From positions 71,982,001 to 72,046,000 of the forward strand of contig OZ360233.1 of assembly GCA_977017645.1 (NCBI GenBank): a stretch of 64,000 bases of DNA. Direction: 5' to 3'. Shown piece after piece: positions 52,938-64,000 of this stretch. Numbering within the stretch: position 1 is the first letter of the stretch; every line of letters begins with the position of its first letter. A model generated the notes under the pieces. That model ran no database searches. It had not been told where the DNA came from and saw only the letters and a program-made list of their open reading frames with translations. This DNA is from Torpedo marmorata (taxonomy: Eukaryota). The translations under genes were made by a program, and so were the position numbers.

Positions 52938-55900
52938 CGCCCCTTCCCCCAGAACCGGTGATTGTGGCAGTGTCCCGTGCTTTCGGTAGCCTGCCTCTGC
53001 GCCGTGGGGCTGGTGTGATGATTGGTTGGCTGACGTCGATGTGTGCTGGCTTAAGGTGGTCTATTATGAATGTCTGTGCCTTGCCTCCGATGTCCAGCAC
53101 ACATGTGGATCCGTTGTGTCGGATCACTTTGTACGGCCCCTCGTAAGGTCGTTGCAGCGGCGGCCGATGTGCTCCTCTTCGCACGAAAACGAACCTGCAG
53201 TTGAGTAGGTCCTTGGGGACATGTGTCTTTTGGTGGCCGTGCGGTGAGGGTTGCGACGGGGCCAGTGTCCCCAGCCGCTCTCGGAGCCTTTCGAGAGTTG
53301 CCACCGGCGTGTCGTCAGTGTCTCTGGCGGTGGACAGGAACTCGCCGGGGATAACCAGGGGTGCGCCGTACACCAACTCTGCTGCCGAGGTATCGAAGAC
53401 CTCTTTGGGTGCCGTTCGGATCCCCAGTAGTACCCATGGCAGCTCGTCGGTCCAGTGTGGTCCTTTGAGGTGGGCCATCAGGGCTGCGTTCAGGTGCCGG
53501 TGGAACCGCTCCACTAGTCAGTTGGCTTGTGGGTGGTAAGCCGTGGTGTGGTGGAGCTGGGTTCCCAAAAGGTTAGCCATAGCTGTCCAGAGTCCTGAAG
53601 TGAGCTGCGCACCTGTCGGATGTCAGGTGTTCCGGGACTCCGAATCGAGCCACTGTTATGGACCATGACTGACAGTTTGGACTGCGGACGGTAAGCAGGA
53701 AGGATGAAGTTTTTTTGGAGTATACACTGGGACCTGGTACTGAAAGAGTTAACTTGCCCAGGACTTCTTGTATTTACCAGAGAGAGACATCAGGGGGAGA
53801 CAAACTGTGAAACGATACTTGGGTGTGAAACTTTGGAAGAAGGAAGCTAGGGAAACTCTCTCTCTACTGTAAGGCCTGAAGTGGAAAACTAAATCAGTGG
53901 CAGTTTTGGAGTTGCAAAGGCAGGAGAACTTAGCAGAATCCAGGCTTGTGCATCCCAGAGAAGATGTTGGGAGAATAGCACAGAGTCTCTTGAATCAGAA
54001 AAGTCCAGGCTTGTGCATCCCAGGGGAAACGGCTGGGAGAAATACAGGTCCTGGTGATTCAGCAAAATCCTGAGTTGTGAGAACAGCTTTTGTGAGGAAC
54101 CGGCTGTGAAATCCAAGTATACCCCTTAATCCAAAACGGATCTGAATTCGCAATCCTTGTGAAAACACCAGAAGGGAAAGTCATCAAGGAAAAGGCTGGA
54201 AGGATAGCACATGGCCTCCTGTCTCAGAGAAATCCTGAGTTAAAGCAACTTTTGTGGAGAACAGGCGTGAGATCAGCGAGACCAGCTGTGAGATCCAAGC
54301 ACACGCCTCAATCAGTGGTATACTGATTTGGAGTCGCAATCCTCATGAATCTCTACCAAAAGGGAAAGCCATCAGAGAAGAAAAAAACAAGCCAAGTATT
54401 CGTAAGCATAAACAGTCATTGTCTCTCTTCAACGTTCATTGAAAAGTCCTTCTACCAGCACACAGAATTTGGAACCTGAACTTAGAAAGTGAATTTTTGT
54501 GGACTGTATTATATTTTTTTGACTGGCTTGTTTTTATGACTGACCTGGGGTTTTTGGGGAAAGTTTTTCCATTTTTACATGAGGGTTGGGCACAGACTGT
54601 AATGGTCTGGGCTTTATACACACACACACCTTTTAGATAAGAATAGTGTTTATAGACATTTATAGTGGGGTTAATCGTTGTGAAATTATATGTTTAATTG
54701 TCTTTAATAAATATAAATTTCAATTTTACCCCTTTTGCATTGCGTCTTCTGTCGTTGCTGGTTTGAATTTTGTAATACCACCCATGTGTTGATGAGGGCT
54801 CTGGCACAGGTCTCTGTTGAGGTTTCTGCCAGCGGAACCGCTTCCGGACATCTCGTAAGCCGGTCTACCATCGTCAGCAGGTACCGTGCCCCTCTCGATA
54901 CCGGCAGGGGGCCCACGATGTCGATGTGGACATGGCTGAACCTCCGCCGTGCCGGCTCAAACGACTGCGGGGGCGCCTTGACATGCGTCTGTACCTTGGA
55001 CGTCTGGCAGTGTGTGTAAGTTTTTGCCCAATGGCTGACTTGTTTCCGGAGACCGTGCCACACGAACCTGCTGGCTACCATCCTGACCATGGTCCTGATG
55101 GACGGGTGCGCCAGGTTATGTACCATATCGAAAGCTGGGCGTCTCCATGCCGCGGGGACGACGGGGCGGGGTTTACCCATTGACACATCAGAGTAGTGTC
55201 TGGTTGCCGGGCCCGATGGCAGTGTCTTCCAGTTGAAGACCTGTCACTGCCGTTCTGTAAGAGGGGATCTCAGGGTCTTGCAGCTGTGCTTGGGCCAACG
55301 CTGTGAAGTCGACCCCTTGGGATAGTGCCTGTATCGCCTGAATTGTAGGGCGTGATAAAGCGTCAGCCACTACATTAGTCTTTGCGGCGATATGATGAAT
55401 ATCTGTGGTGAATTCGGATATATAGGATAGGTGCCTTTGTTGCCTGGCCGACCATGGGTCCGATACTTTGTTGAAGGCGAAGGTCAGTGGTTTGTGATCG
55501 GTGAAAATCGTGAACTGCCTGCCCTCTAGGAAGTATCGGAAGTGTCGTACCGCTAGGTATAGTGCGAGCAGTTCCCGGTCGAAAGCACTGTACTTGAGCT
55601 CTGGTGTCCGCAGGTGCCTGCTGAAAAGGCCAAGGGCTGCCATTGTCCATCCACCTGTTGCTCAAGTACTCCTGTGACCGCTGTGTTGGAGGCGTCTGTA
55701 GTGAGGGCGGTCGGGGCATCTGTCCATGGGTGCACCAGAAGCGTGGCTTTGGCCAGGGCGTCTTTGGCCCTCTGAAACGCTTCTGATGCTTCATTGTCCC
55801 ACTCCACCTCTTTCTTTTTGCCGGCCATCAAGGCGAATAGCGGGCGCATGATGCGGGCTGCTGCTGGTATGAAACGGTGGTAAAAGTTGATCATACCGGC

Positions 55901-56325
55901 GAACTCCTGGAGGCCTTTCATCATGTGTGGCTTGGTGAAGCGCCTGACAGCCTCTACCTTCTCAGGGAGTGGTGTCGCCCCGTGTTCGTTAATTCTGTGG
56001 CCCAGGAAATCGATAGTCTCTAGCCCGAACTGGCATTTGGCCGGGTTGATGGTCAGGCTGAAATCTCTGAGGCGGGAGCACAGCTGTCGTATGTGCGCCA
56101 CATGTTCTTTGCGATTGCAGATGGCCACCAATATGTCATCGAGGTAGATGAATACGAAATCAAGATCCCGGCCCACCCTGTCCATCATCCTTTGGAAAGT
56201 TTGAGCAGCGTTCTTAAGCTCGAAGGGCATTCTCAGAAACTCAAACAAACCAAAGGGGGTTATGATGGCGGTTTTAGCTATGTCGTCAGGGTTGACCGGG
56301 ATCTGGTGGTAGCCTCTGATGAAGT
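52938..56325 (-). mobile_element. Gypsy/Ty3 pol remnant (RT-RNaseH-integrase), 5'-truncated and frameshifted
   Basis: RGYHQIP, TPFGLFEF, YLDD, TTDAS, YSAFDRELLA, TDHKPL, NVVADALSR, HNLAHP..HCQ, HIDIVGPLP, ERFHR, YEGPY motifs. Confidence 0.96.
53654..54777. mobile_element. Solo LTR (1124 bp) inserted in the Gypsy integrase
   Basis: TGTTATGGACC...TGTAATA termini; 4-bp TSD CCAC; same family as 46766-47610 with extra internal duplications. Confidence 0.88.
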
Positions 56326-56877
56326 CATTTACCAGTTTACGATTACCAAGGTAGTAATAGGATGGAGGCATGGAACTGAAACCATACAGTCCCAGGGAAG
56401 AGAGGTGTATAAACTTTGGGTTGTCCCCATGCCCACCACGAGGCTCAAAGTAGCACAGTACTCACAAAAAAAAAAGTTTGCTTGCTTGATTGGCTGGAGA
56501 ATTCTGCTACACTGTGATCTAATAAAGAGTGGGTAGGGTCAGAAAACAAGTAGGATTTTGCTGAAATTCGTAGCAAGTTATAATGAACACACTTGAAGTT
56601 ATGGAGTAATTTTTGCTTTCTAATCTAAATATTTACATAAAAATATATACTAGTAAATGAGCAGCTTCCTCCAGGAAGTTTGATTCATGAATGTATTAGC
56701 TTATTTGCTCTTATTACCTATATTTAGTCACAGTAACATTGCTGAACACTGCATTTAAAATGTAATTTAAATATTCTGAAGTAAATGTTAATGCTTACCA
56801 CTTTAATACTTAAACTTTGAAAATATCAATGTTGATGTTGAAGCTTATTCTCATGATAATTAGAAGAACAGCAAAAA

Positions 56878-57469
56878 AAATTGTAGCACCTACTAAGCAT
56901 TGAACAAATTCCTGGTACTCTGTTGAGCTGGTAGGAATTGCAATTATAGATTATAGGCAGAATACTGATCAACAAGGGATGCATGCTCATGTGAGCCCAG
57001 CTGATGTCATGATCAATTCAGGACCCCACCCCAGGAGTAGGAATAAGCTCATCTGCACCAATATTCTTGCATCATTGAATGCACTAATGTCTCTATTTGT
57101 AATATAAAGGCAGCATGTTATTAATATTTAGCAGAGGTGGCTGGCTTTGTTTCAAAATCATATATTGACCATATTTTTCAAAATAGTGAGGCCCTTATAG
57201 CTGTGAGTGATCAAAGCCCAGTATTTCAACAGTATCGCCAATGTAAAAATGTAGACTTTTTACTGTGGGCCAATAGAGAACTGAAGAATAAACATGCCCC
57301 TGCTGTGACATACTTCATGGCAGCTGACTGCATGGTTATACAGCTGGTGAGGAAAAGTTAATAAAAATAGAAAGTAGGGGTGGTGGGATAGCCTGGGAAC
57401 ATGTTGCAATTCCTGCCAGCTCAACAGAGTACCAGGAATTTGTTCAATGCTTAGTAGGCGCTACAATTT
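56878..57469. repeat. 66-bp inverted repeat pair (64/66 identical)
   Basis: 56878-56943 is the reverse complement of 57404-57469. Confidence 0.9.
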
Positions 57470-57530
57470 CAGGATCCACTTATTTTACACTGTTCATGAC
57501 AGATAGTGGTAGCATAATTAATCCAATATA

Positions 57531-57734
57531 CAGTAAAACTCCTGGTATCCGACACCTATGTGGATTGGTAGTCGCCGGATAAGTGAATTTGCCGGTTGCT
57601 TGAGATTGCATGCTGCGTGATTGGTGAACTAACCACTAGGGTGCGCCAATTTTAAACTTTCGTATTTTTTACCTATTTATTTTCTGCGTTTTTTTTGCTG
57701 GTTTCTTGAATTCCGGATAACGGGGATTTTACTG
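57531..57734. mobile_element. Tc1/mariner (pogo/Tigger-like) MITE
   Basis: TA|CAGTAAAACTCCTGGTATCCG ... CCGGATAACGGGGATTTTACTG|CA. Confidence 0.75.
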
Positions 57735-58174
57735 CATTAGAATCTAGCGAGACTGGATACCCCAACACATTTATTTTGCCAAATGGCATGATGTTAAAAA
57801 AGTGCCGTCCATGTCATTGAATTGGGGAAGTTGCTTATTCAATGAGCTGAGTGAAAAGCATGGGTCAAAAGAAATCTAGTCAAGCATCAATTTAACAATT
57901 CCATAATTTCAATGATTATAAGTTTCTGTAAAATATTTCACTATTGTGCAATTATTGTTTTACTTCTTGTTAACAGATTATTTTAAACATTTTTAACTTA
58001 TGAAGACAATTATAGCATCTTTTTTTTTTCTTCACAGCTCTTTTAATTTACTCGGTCTGAAAACTTGTTCAGCTCTTTGATTTATTCAGTCTCTCCTGGG
58101 CTTCAACCTATCATATTTTTTGTTCTTTTCACCTTTCTCTGCAGCTTAAAACAGGCTTGATTTTAAACTTTCCC

Positions 58175-58213
58175 CAGTTCTGATGAACCGTCACTTATCA
58201 GAAACATTAACTG
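58175..58213 (+). ncRNA. Minimal hammerhead-ribozyme-like motif (Penelope-derived)
   Basis: CAGTT-CTGATGA-accgtcacttatca-GAAACATT-AACTG: intact core boxes and stem I (CAGTT/AACTG); stem II and stem III decayed. Confidence 0.5.
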
Positions 58214-59010
58214 CTTCTCTCTCCATAGATGCTACCTGATTTAACTATTATTTTTGGTTTTTATTTTTTATAATTTAGTATTGTTTAATTATTCCCAATT
58301 TTGAGGTTAGACTGTGAATCATGACTGTATGACAAGCTTTGGCTGCTTTTCTTCAATGAACATTCAAGTCTGTATTTTTTAAAAAGCTGTTTTCCCCCTA
58401 TTTTGCTTTGTAATACTTTATTATTATTATGATAATGAAATAATTCACTACTATCAACAAGTGAGATAACAGACTGTGCCAAAATCTCATCTCATCTTTC
58501 ATCAGTTATATACTTGGTAAAAATTGTAATCCTAGCTGTCTGAAGATTGACATCATTAAACTTTGGCACAATACTGCAGAGTTTTCTGCTGAATGGCAGA
58601 CAAATGAACATTAATTCACTTGTTCACATTATTGTTTAATTGAAAAGCTTGGATTCTCTATATACAGTCATTGCATTTAGTTTTCAAACTTCGTAACATG
58701 CAATTGAAACACAGTACAAAATACAGTACAAGCCAAGTAAGTTTTCGGGCAATTTCTGGAGGAATTACCGTATATCATCTTGATGCCCACCCTATCAAGA
58801 GGAATGGGGGAGAGAGTAAAAATGAAATTATCAACTCACATCGTTGAAAGTAATAAAGTTCACATCATTCAATTAAACAGAGAAATGTGGCAGGGACACA
58901 CAAGCAAATTCTACAGTGACAAATAGAATAGATGAGAAAAGGGATAACTGTTTGTTAATCACTATGCCTAGTATCATCATCAAAAATAAGTTCCAAAAAA
59001 CTTTGCTTAC

Positions 59011-59113
59011 CTTGCTGGAGTATGGTGCCGTCTGCATTAACAGGCTGATAGACAATTGTCTGTCCTTCTGCAGTCTGTGCTACCTGCTGTCCTTGCACTA
59101 TTTGCTGTTGACC
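59011..59113 (-). CDS. NFYA: NFYA exon 6-equivalent (GQQQIVQGQQVAQTAEGQTIVYQPVNADGTILQQ)
   Basis: AQTAEGQTIVYQPVNADGTILQQ as in vertebrate NF-YA; aatag| acceptor, G|GTAAGC donor (phase 1). Confidence 0.95.
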
Positions 59114-60371
59114 CTATTTAGTTTCGAAAAGAAAAATCTTTTATTGCACTTATTCTGAGTAAAACATAGCTAGACATTTATCCTTAGGTGGTAATGTATG
59201 ATTTGTTTCATAGAATAGAGATTTCAGACAACTCAATAGGATCTGTTCTATTGAGCAAGGTTTGATCTTCAAGCTTTATTTTTAATGGATACCTGTTGCA
59301 GTGATTGTGATGCTTGTTGAATCTGCTTAAAAAGATGCATGAATGTATGACTATAGTGGACAGCTACTGAATCATGGCAAAGATGGGAACTAAGTTAGAC
59401 AATGTCTCCTGATGCTGCCTCAGAAGATGGTCATGAATGAATGATTTTTAAGATATTCTCAGTCACTAGCCATAAATTATAACTTACTGGTCAAAAACAA
59501 AGATCTTAATATGGACTTTTTCAGAATGAGAATAAGTCATAATAGACATTCAAAAATCAAGAAGCTATTGGGTGTCATTTCAAGTCACATTAAAGGGCAA
59601 ACCTGAAATATTTAGGTGCTTGAATGTTGCAAAGATTACATTAGCTTTATCACTGATAAGGCTATGGAAATGTTCAAGCCTTCACTACCTCAACAAGGAT
59701 CTTTGAGTCAGCTTCAAGTCATTTAATAAATTTCTCTGAAATTGCACAAACTATTTCACATACAAGTTACTGAGCTTAAAATGCAATGACTATTTCCAAG
59801 GAAACGATGCAAACATTTGGATATATATAAATAAATATTTTATAAATAATAATTTATCCATGGTTAAGTGGTAACACTGTTACTCATGAATTAGAAAGCC
59901 ATGGGTTCAAATCCAACTCCTGACACAAATTTATGCTAACACAAAGGATTTTTTTCATTTTTTTTTCCCTATTTCCTTGCAGCATAGGTCATTAGTTCAT
60001 ATAGCCCATGCTGAGGTTGTGAACAATCACCCAACAATTTTAGAATGCAAGAGGAAACCAGAAGGAGACACCCACACAGTCACCAGAACATACAAATTCG
60101 ATAGAGGCAGTAACAGAGGTCTGAAGCGAACTCGATTCATTGGAGTTGTGAGATGGTTGCACTATTTGCAGTACCCCTGTGCTGTACTGTCACATGTAAC
60201 ATTAAATTGAATCCGATGGTACTATTTCAAAAAGGGAGGAGTTTGTCTTTATATCTGGATTAATAATAGTCTCTCAAGCATCACCAAAATAGATTTCCTG
60301 ATAGTTATCTCACTAGTTTATTGTACACTGATGTGCACAAAATTGCTTGTTACAATTCCCACACTACAATT

Positions 60372-60592
60372 TTTTTTAAACATGCAGCAGTAACAGGCCT
60401 TCCAGACCAGGAGCCCGCGCCGCCCAAATATCCCAATTAACCTACAACCCCCATACATTTTGAAGGGTGGGAGGAAACCAGAGCATCCAGAGGAAACCCA
60501 CGCAGACACGGAGAGAACATATAAACTCCTTTCAGAGCCGGATTCGAACCCGGGTTGCTGGTGCTGTAAAAGCGTTGCGCTAACCACTAACA
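60372..60592 (-). mobile_element. V-SINE
   Basis: Reverse complement of the 33048 family (GGTTCGAATCC B-box, V-domain). Confidence 0.8.
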
Positions 60593-61174
60593 CCCTTAAT
60601 CTATTTATACTCTCCATAGTCTCCTTATAGTATCATCACAATGATAATTGTACTTTAGAAATCATTTAATTGACAGTGTTTTAAGAATCCTGAGTTTGTG
60701 AAGGACAGCATATAAATGCATATTGCACTCTGTTGGAACTGGACAGTCAACTTTATTCTTTCCTAATGAATGGACCAGATTTTCTAATATATACAGCCTT
60801 TTAAAAAAAAACTCTCAATGTTAGGCTTTAGAATGGGAATAGGTTGGAAGTTCTTTACATGTTTTTAAATTGAACACAAATGTGCTAGGAATTAGAAAAG
60901 ATAATTTGGTTCATTAAATGCATTTCTTTGCCAGCTCCAACTGGATTATTCACATCACCTCCATTACCACTGATACCATCAGATACACATGTCACTTGTC
61001 TTGTTGAATCGAATGGAGTCATACAACGAAGGACATTTGACTCATTGTGGCTGTGGTAAATTTCTGAAATAGTTACTAATTGGCCATGCTCTCCTCTCCT
61101 TCCCATTATTTTTGCAATTTTCTCTTTTTTAAGTGAACATCCAATACCTTTTTGAAAGCATTGAGATGACATAC

Positions 61175-61306
61175 CTGTGTTTGTCCTGCTGTAACAGCTG
61201 TCTGAGGCTGCTGAATAATAATTTGCTGTGCCTGACCTTGTTGGTTTTGAACTTGAACAGCCTGCCCACTTTGAAGCTGGAGCTGACTTGGTTGAACAAG
61301 CTGAAT
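61175..61306 (-). CDS. NFYA: NFYA exon 5-equivalent (IQLVQPSQLQLQSGQAVQVQNQQGQAQQIIIQQPQTAVTAGQTQ)
   Basis: Q-rich activation domain; tttcag| acceptor, CAG|GTATGT donor; 132 nt. Confidence 0.95.
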
Positions 61307-61950
61307 CTGAAAATAACAGAAATACAGTCGATACTTGTAACATCTTAATCAAACAAAGAAGCAATAGATTGTGAGTTAGAACACATTGAAAATTCTTTTC
61401 AAATCTACCTAATTACTATTTCTATGACAAGGTAAAAACTTGAGAATATCCTGAAAAATTATTTTTTTAATCAAATGCATCCAACATTGAATACCTAACT
61501 TAACTTTTGCTTTAAGTGACTATTTTTGTTTTCTTTTTAAATTGCAAAATTGAACTGTATTTCCTCAACTCATCTTTGAAATGGTTCCAAATTCAAGTTC
61601 TCAATATACAAATTGAATGCAAGTAAAGCCCATGAATTATCCAAGTTGTTAAGCAATTAAAAAGGTGCAGCTCAATAGCTGATATTAGATTCCCCAACTG
61701 GGGTAGTCTATCAGGATTATTAAAGAACAGAATTGGAATTACCACTAACAAGGAACTAACCACTATGATAAACTCTTTTCAACAATCCCCTTCAGTCAAT
61801 TAATATATATTGTTACATTAGCATTTTGTAAAAGATTCCTTTAATTTCCCTCTTGAAAATGTTGCTACTTGTTCGAACAGACAGTGGTTAGCCTCTAACC
61901 CTTTGCAGTGTTAGCCACGCTTTATGTGTGATCAGCCACGCTTTATGTGT

Positions 61951-62172
61951 GGGCGGCACGGTTAGCGTAGCAGTTAGCACAACACTATTATAGCGTTAGC
62001 GACCTGGGTTCGAATCCGGCGATGTCTGTAAGAAGTTTGTACGTTCTCTCCGTGACCTGCATGGGTTTTCTCCGGTTTCCTCCCACCCTCCAAAGCATAT
62101 GGGGTTGGTAGGTTAATTGTGCCGCATTGGATTCATGGCCTGGAGAGGCCTTCAACCGTGTTAAATGTCAAA
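61951..62172 (+). mobile_element. V-SINE
   Basis: ggcggcacggttagcgtagc..GGTTCGAATCC..gtttgtacgttctc. Confidence 0.8.
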
Positions 62173-62459
62173 TATTGGAGAGCTCTCCACCATAAAGGGG
62201 TGGCATTGCAGTTTAGCCTGCTACTGCCCCGTCACAACATCCACACAAATGCAATTTTCAGCAGCTGTCACCTGAAAGGAAATGAAATTGAGCCCAAGCT
62301 GATTTTACAAACCCAAGGCCCTCTAGCTGAGAGCTAACACAACAGACCAAAGGCAATTTATTGGCAAAAGTTAAGATCAATAGAATTTTTATTGTTCAAT
62401 ACAAGGAAATACTCTGGTGAAGAAAAATATATAACTTGGAGAGCCAGAAATGTGCTGAC

Positions 62460-62600
62460 CTGTTGTATACCCTGTCCTCCAGAGACAGGAACTTGCATAA
62501 TTGTCTGCCCTTGACCTGTAGGCACGGCTTGAACCATGATAGGCTGACCAGTGGATGTAATTAGTTGACCACCACTGACTTGGACCATTAATGGCTGACC
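62460..62600 (-). CDS. NFYA: NFYA exon 4-equivalent (GQPLMVQVSGGQLITSTGQPIMVQAVPTGQGQTIMQVPVSGGQGIQQ); upstream exons lie beyond the window
   Basis: Near identity to vertebrate NF-YA; ttttag| acceptor, CAG|GTCAGC donor; 141 nt. Confidence 0.96.
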
Positions 62601-62849
62601 CTAAAACAATATAAATTGCAGCGAGCATTTGTGAACATTTGAGTCACAAAAATGTTGCATTTATGCAATGCCTAAATCATTTTCAACACTGTGATAGCCA
62701 CTATTTAGCTTCTCTTTTGCAGTTTTCTCCTTAAGATTTGGATTCCCGATAGAAAGCAGGAAGAAGTTGTCCTTTAAAATTACAAATTCCGTTTTTTAGC
62801 ACAACCTTAAGATACGGTAGTTACCGGTAAGTGTTGGCAGAATTATTGA

Positions 62850-63840
62850 GGAAGAAAAACCAAGTTCAATCTGTTCTTGTTCAAAAATTGATGAAGGTAG
62901 CATGGTAGACATGGTTTACATGAACTACAGCTTTGGAGAAGGTCAAGGCACAAGGGATCATAGACATGTTGGCAAACTGGTTCGATAATTGGCTTGGTGA
63001 TAGGAGGCAGAAGGTACCGATGGATGAGTGATTTTCTGACTGGAAATTTGTATCAAGTGTAGTACAAAAGGGTCACTGCCGTGACCTTTGCTGTTCGCAA
63101 TATATAACTAAATTACTTGATGGTCTGATTAACAAGTTTACAGACTGAAAAACTGGTGGAGTTATAGATAACAGCATAGGTTGTCTAAGGATACAGTGGG
63201 ACATAGATCATCTGGAATGTTGAGTGGTGAGGTAGTAGATAGAATTTAATCCAAAGGTAGTGCATTTTGTAAAGTCTAAAGGACTTTGGATACATGGCAC
63301 AAACCTTGGGAGCATTGATGTACACAGGTACTTTGAGCAGCAAGTCCACAGCTCACTGAAAGTGGCAACACAGATGGATAGGGTAGTAAGAAGGCATTTG
63401 GTACGCTTGCCTCCATAGGCTGACGAATTAAGCACGAGTTGGGATGTCAAATTGCTATACAATGGATAGTCTGCTCATAGAGTATTGTGTATAGTTCTGA
63501 TTGCCACATCACAGGAAGAATGTTATAGGAATACAGAAAGTGCAGGAAAGATTCACCAGGAAGAGAGTCTAGAAATAGACAGCACATTTAAGGAGAGGGG
63601 GAAAAACAATTAAAGGAGATCTGAGAGGTAAGTTTTCACAGAAGTGGCCAGTTATCTGGAATGACCAGTTGGTGGAGGTAATAGAGCCAAAAACAGTTAC
63701 AAATGTTAAAAAGGAATTTGGACAGTTAGGAAAGGTGTGGAGAGATATGAACTTGGTGCAGGCAAATGGGATTAGCGTTGGTAGGCATATGATGGGACAA
63801 AAGGGCCTGGTTCTGTGGTGTATGATTCCATAATTCTATC
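62850..63840 (+). mobile_element. Old degenerate CR1 LINE 3' portion
   Basis: Decayed RT C-terminal and 3' UTR motifs (gataggaggcagaagg, aaagtggcaacacag, gcaggcaaatgggattag). Confidence 0.7.
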
Positions 63841-64000
63841 TACAATTGAACGTGCAACCTGGCAAATTCCAGTAGGCATTGCTGAATTGAAGCCACAAAC
63901 AAGAACTAAAAGGCAGAGTTAGCTGCCAATTTGTTTTGAGTTAAATTGGGCACATTACCGCAGAAGCACCAAGTTAGGCTACAGATTAAAATATTGTTGT

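Noticed and set aside
46766-54777. Single LTR retrotransposon bounded by the two homologous LTRs and capturing an NFYA exon
   Set aside because: Each LTR has its own distinct 4-bp TSD, so they are independent solo LTRs
60885-61364. 159-aa minus-strand ORF
   Set aside because: Out-of-frame overlap with a true NFYA exon plus intron sequence

Overview
Eukaryotic genomic DNA, most likely from a cartilaginous fish (shark/ray), judged from its CR1/HER1-type LINEs, V-SINEs and Penelope-derived short repeats; the species cannot be determined from the sequence. Two convergent spliced genes are present. A complete 7-exon RAB21-like small GTPase gene lies on + (CDS 1204..19865, 213 aa). The last seven coding exons of NFYA lie on - (62600 down to 26640), and its 5' exons are beyond the window. 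Introns and intergenic DNA are densely filled with transposons: CR1, L1/Tx1, Rex1/Babar, Penelope, Gypsy, solo LTRs, Tc1, hAT/Harbinger/Tigger-like MITEs, tRNA V-SINEs and a 5S-derived SINE, often nested and with readable target-site duplications. The most notable observations are: (1) a RAB21 gene beside NFYA, possibly an ohnolog lost in mammals; (2) about ten Penelope-derived minimal hammerhead-ribozyme-like motifs, including a short palindromic unit with its own TSD; (3) a sense-oriented Gypsy LTR with two NF-Y CCAAT boxes inside NFYA itself; (4) a 5S rRNA-headed SINE with a Rex1-like tail; (5) splice-architecture features of NFYA. There are no prokaryotic systems or CRISPR arrays. TE family names come from motif recognition, not database searches, and no wholly new biological system is established from sequence alone.
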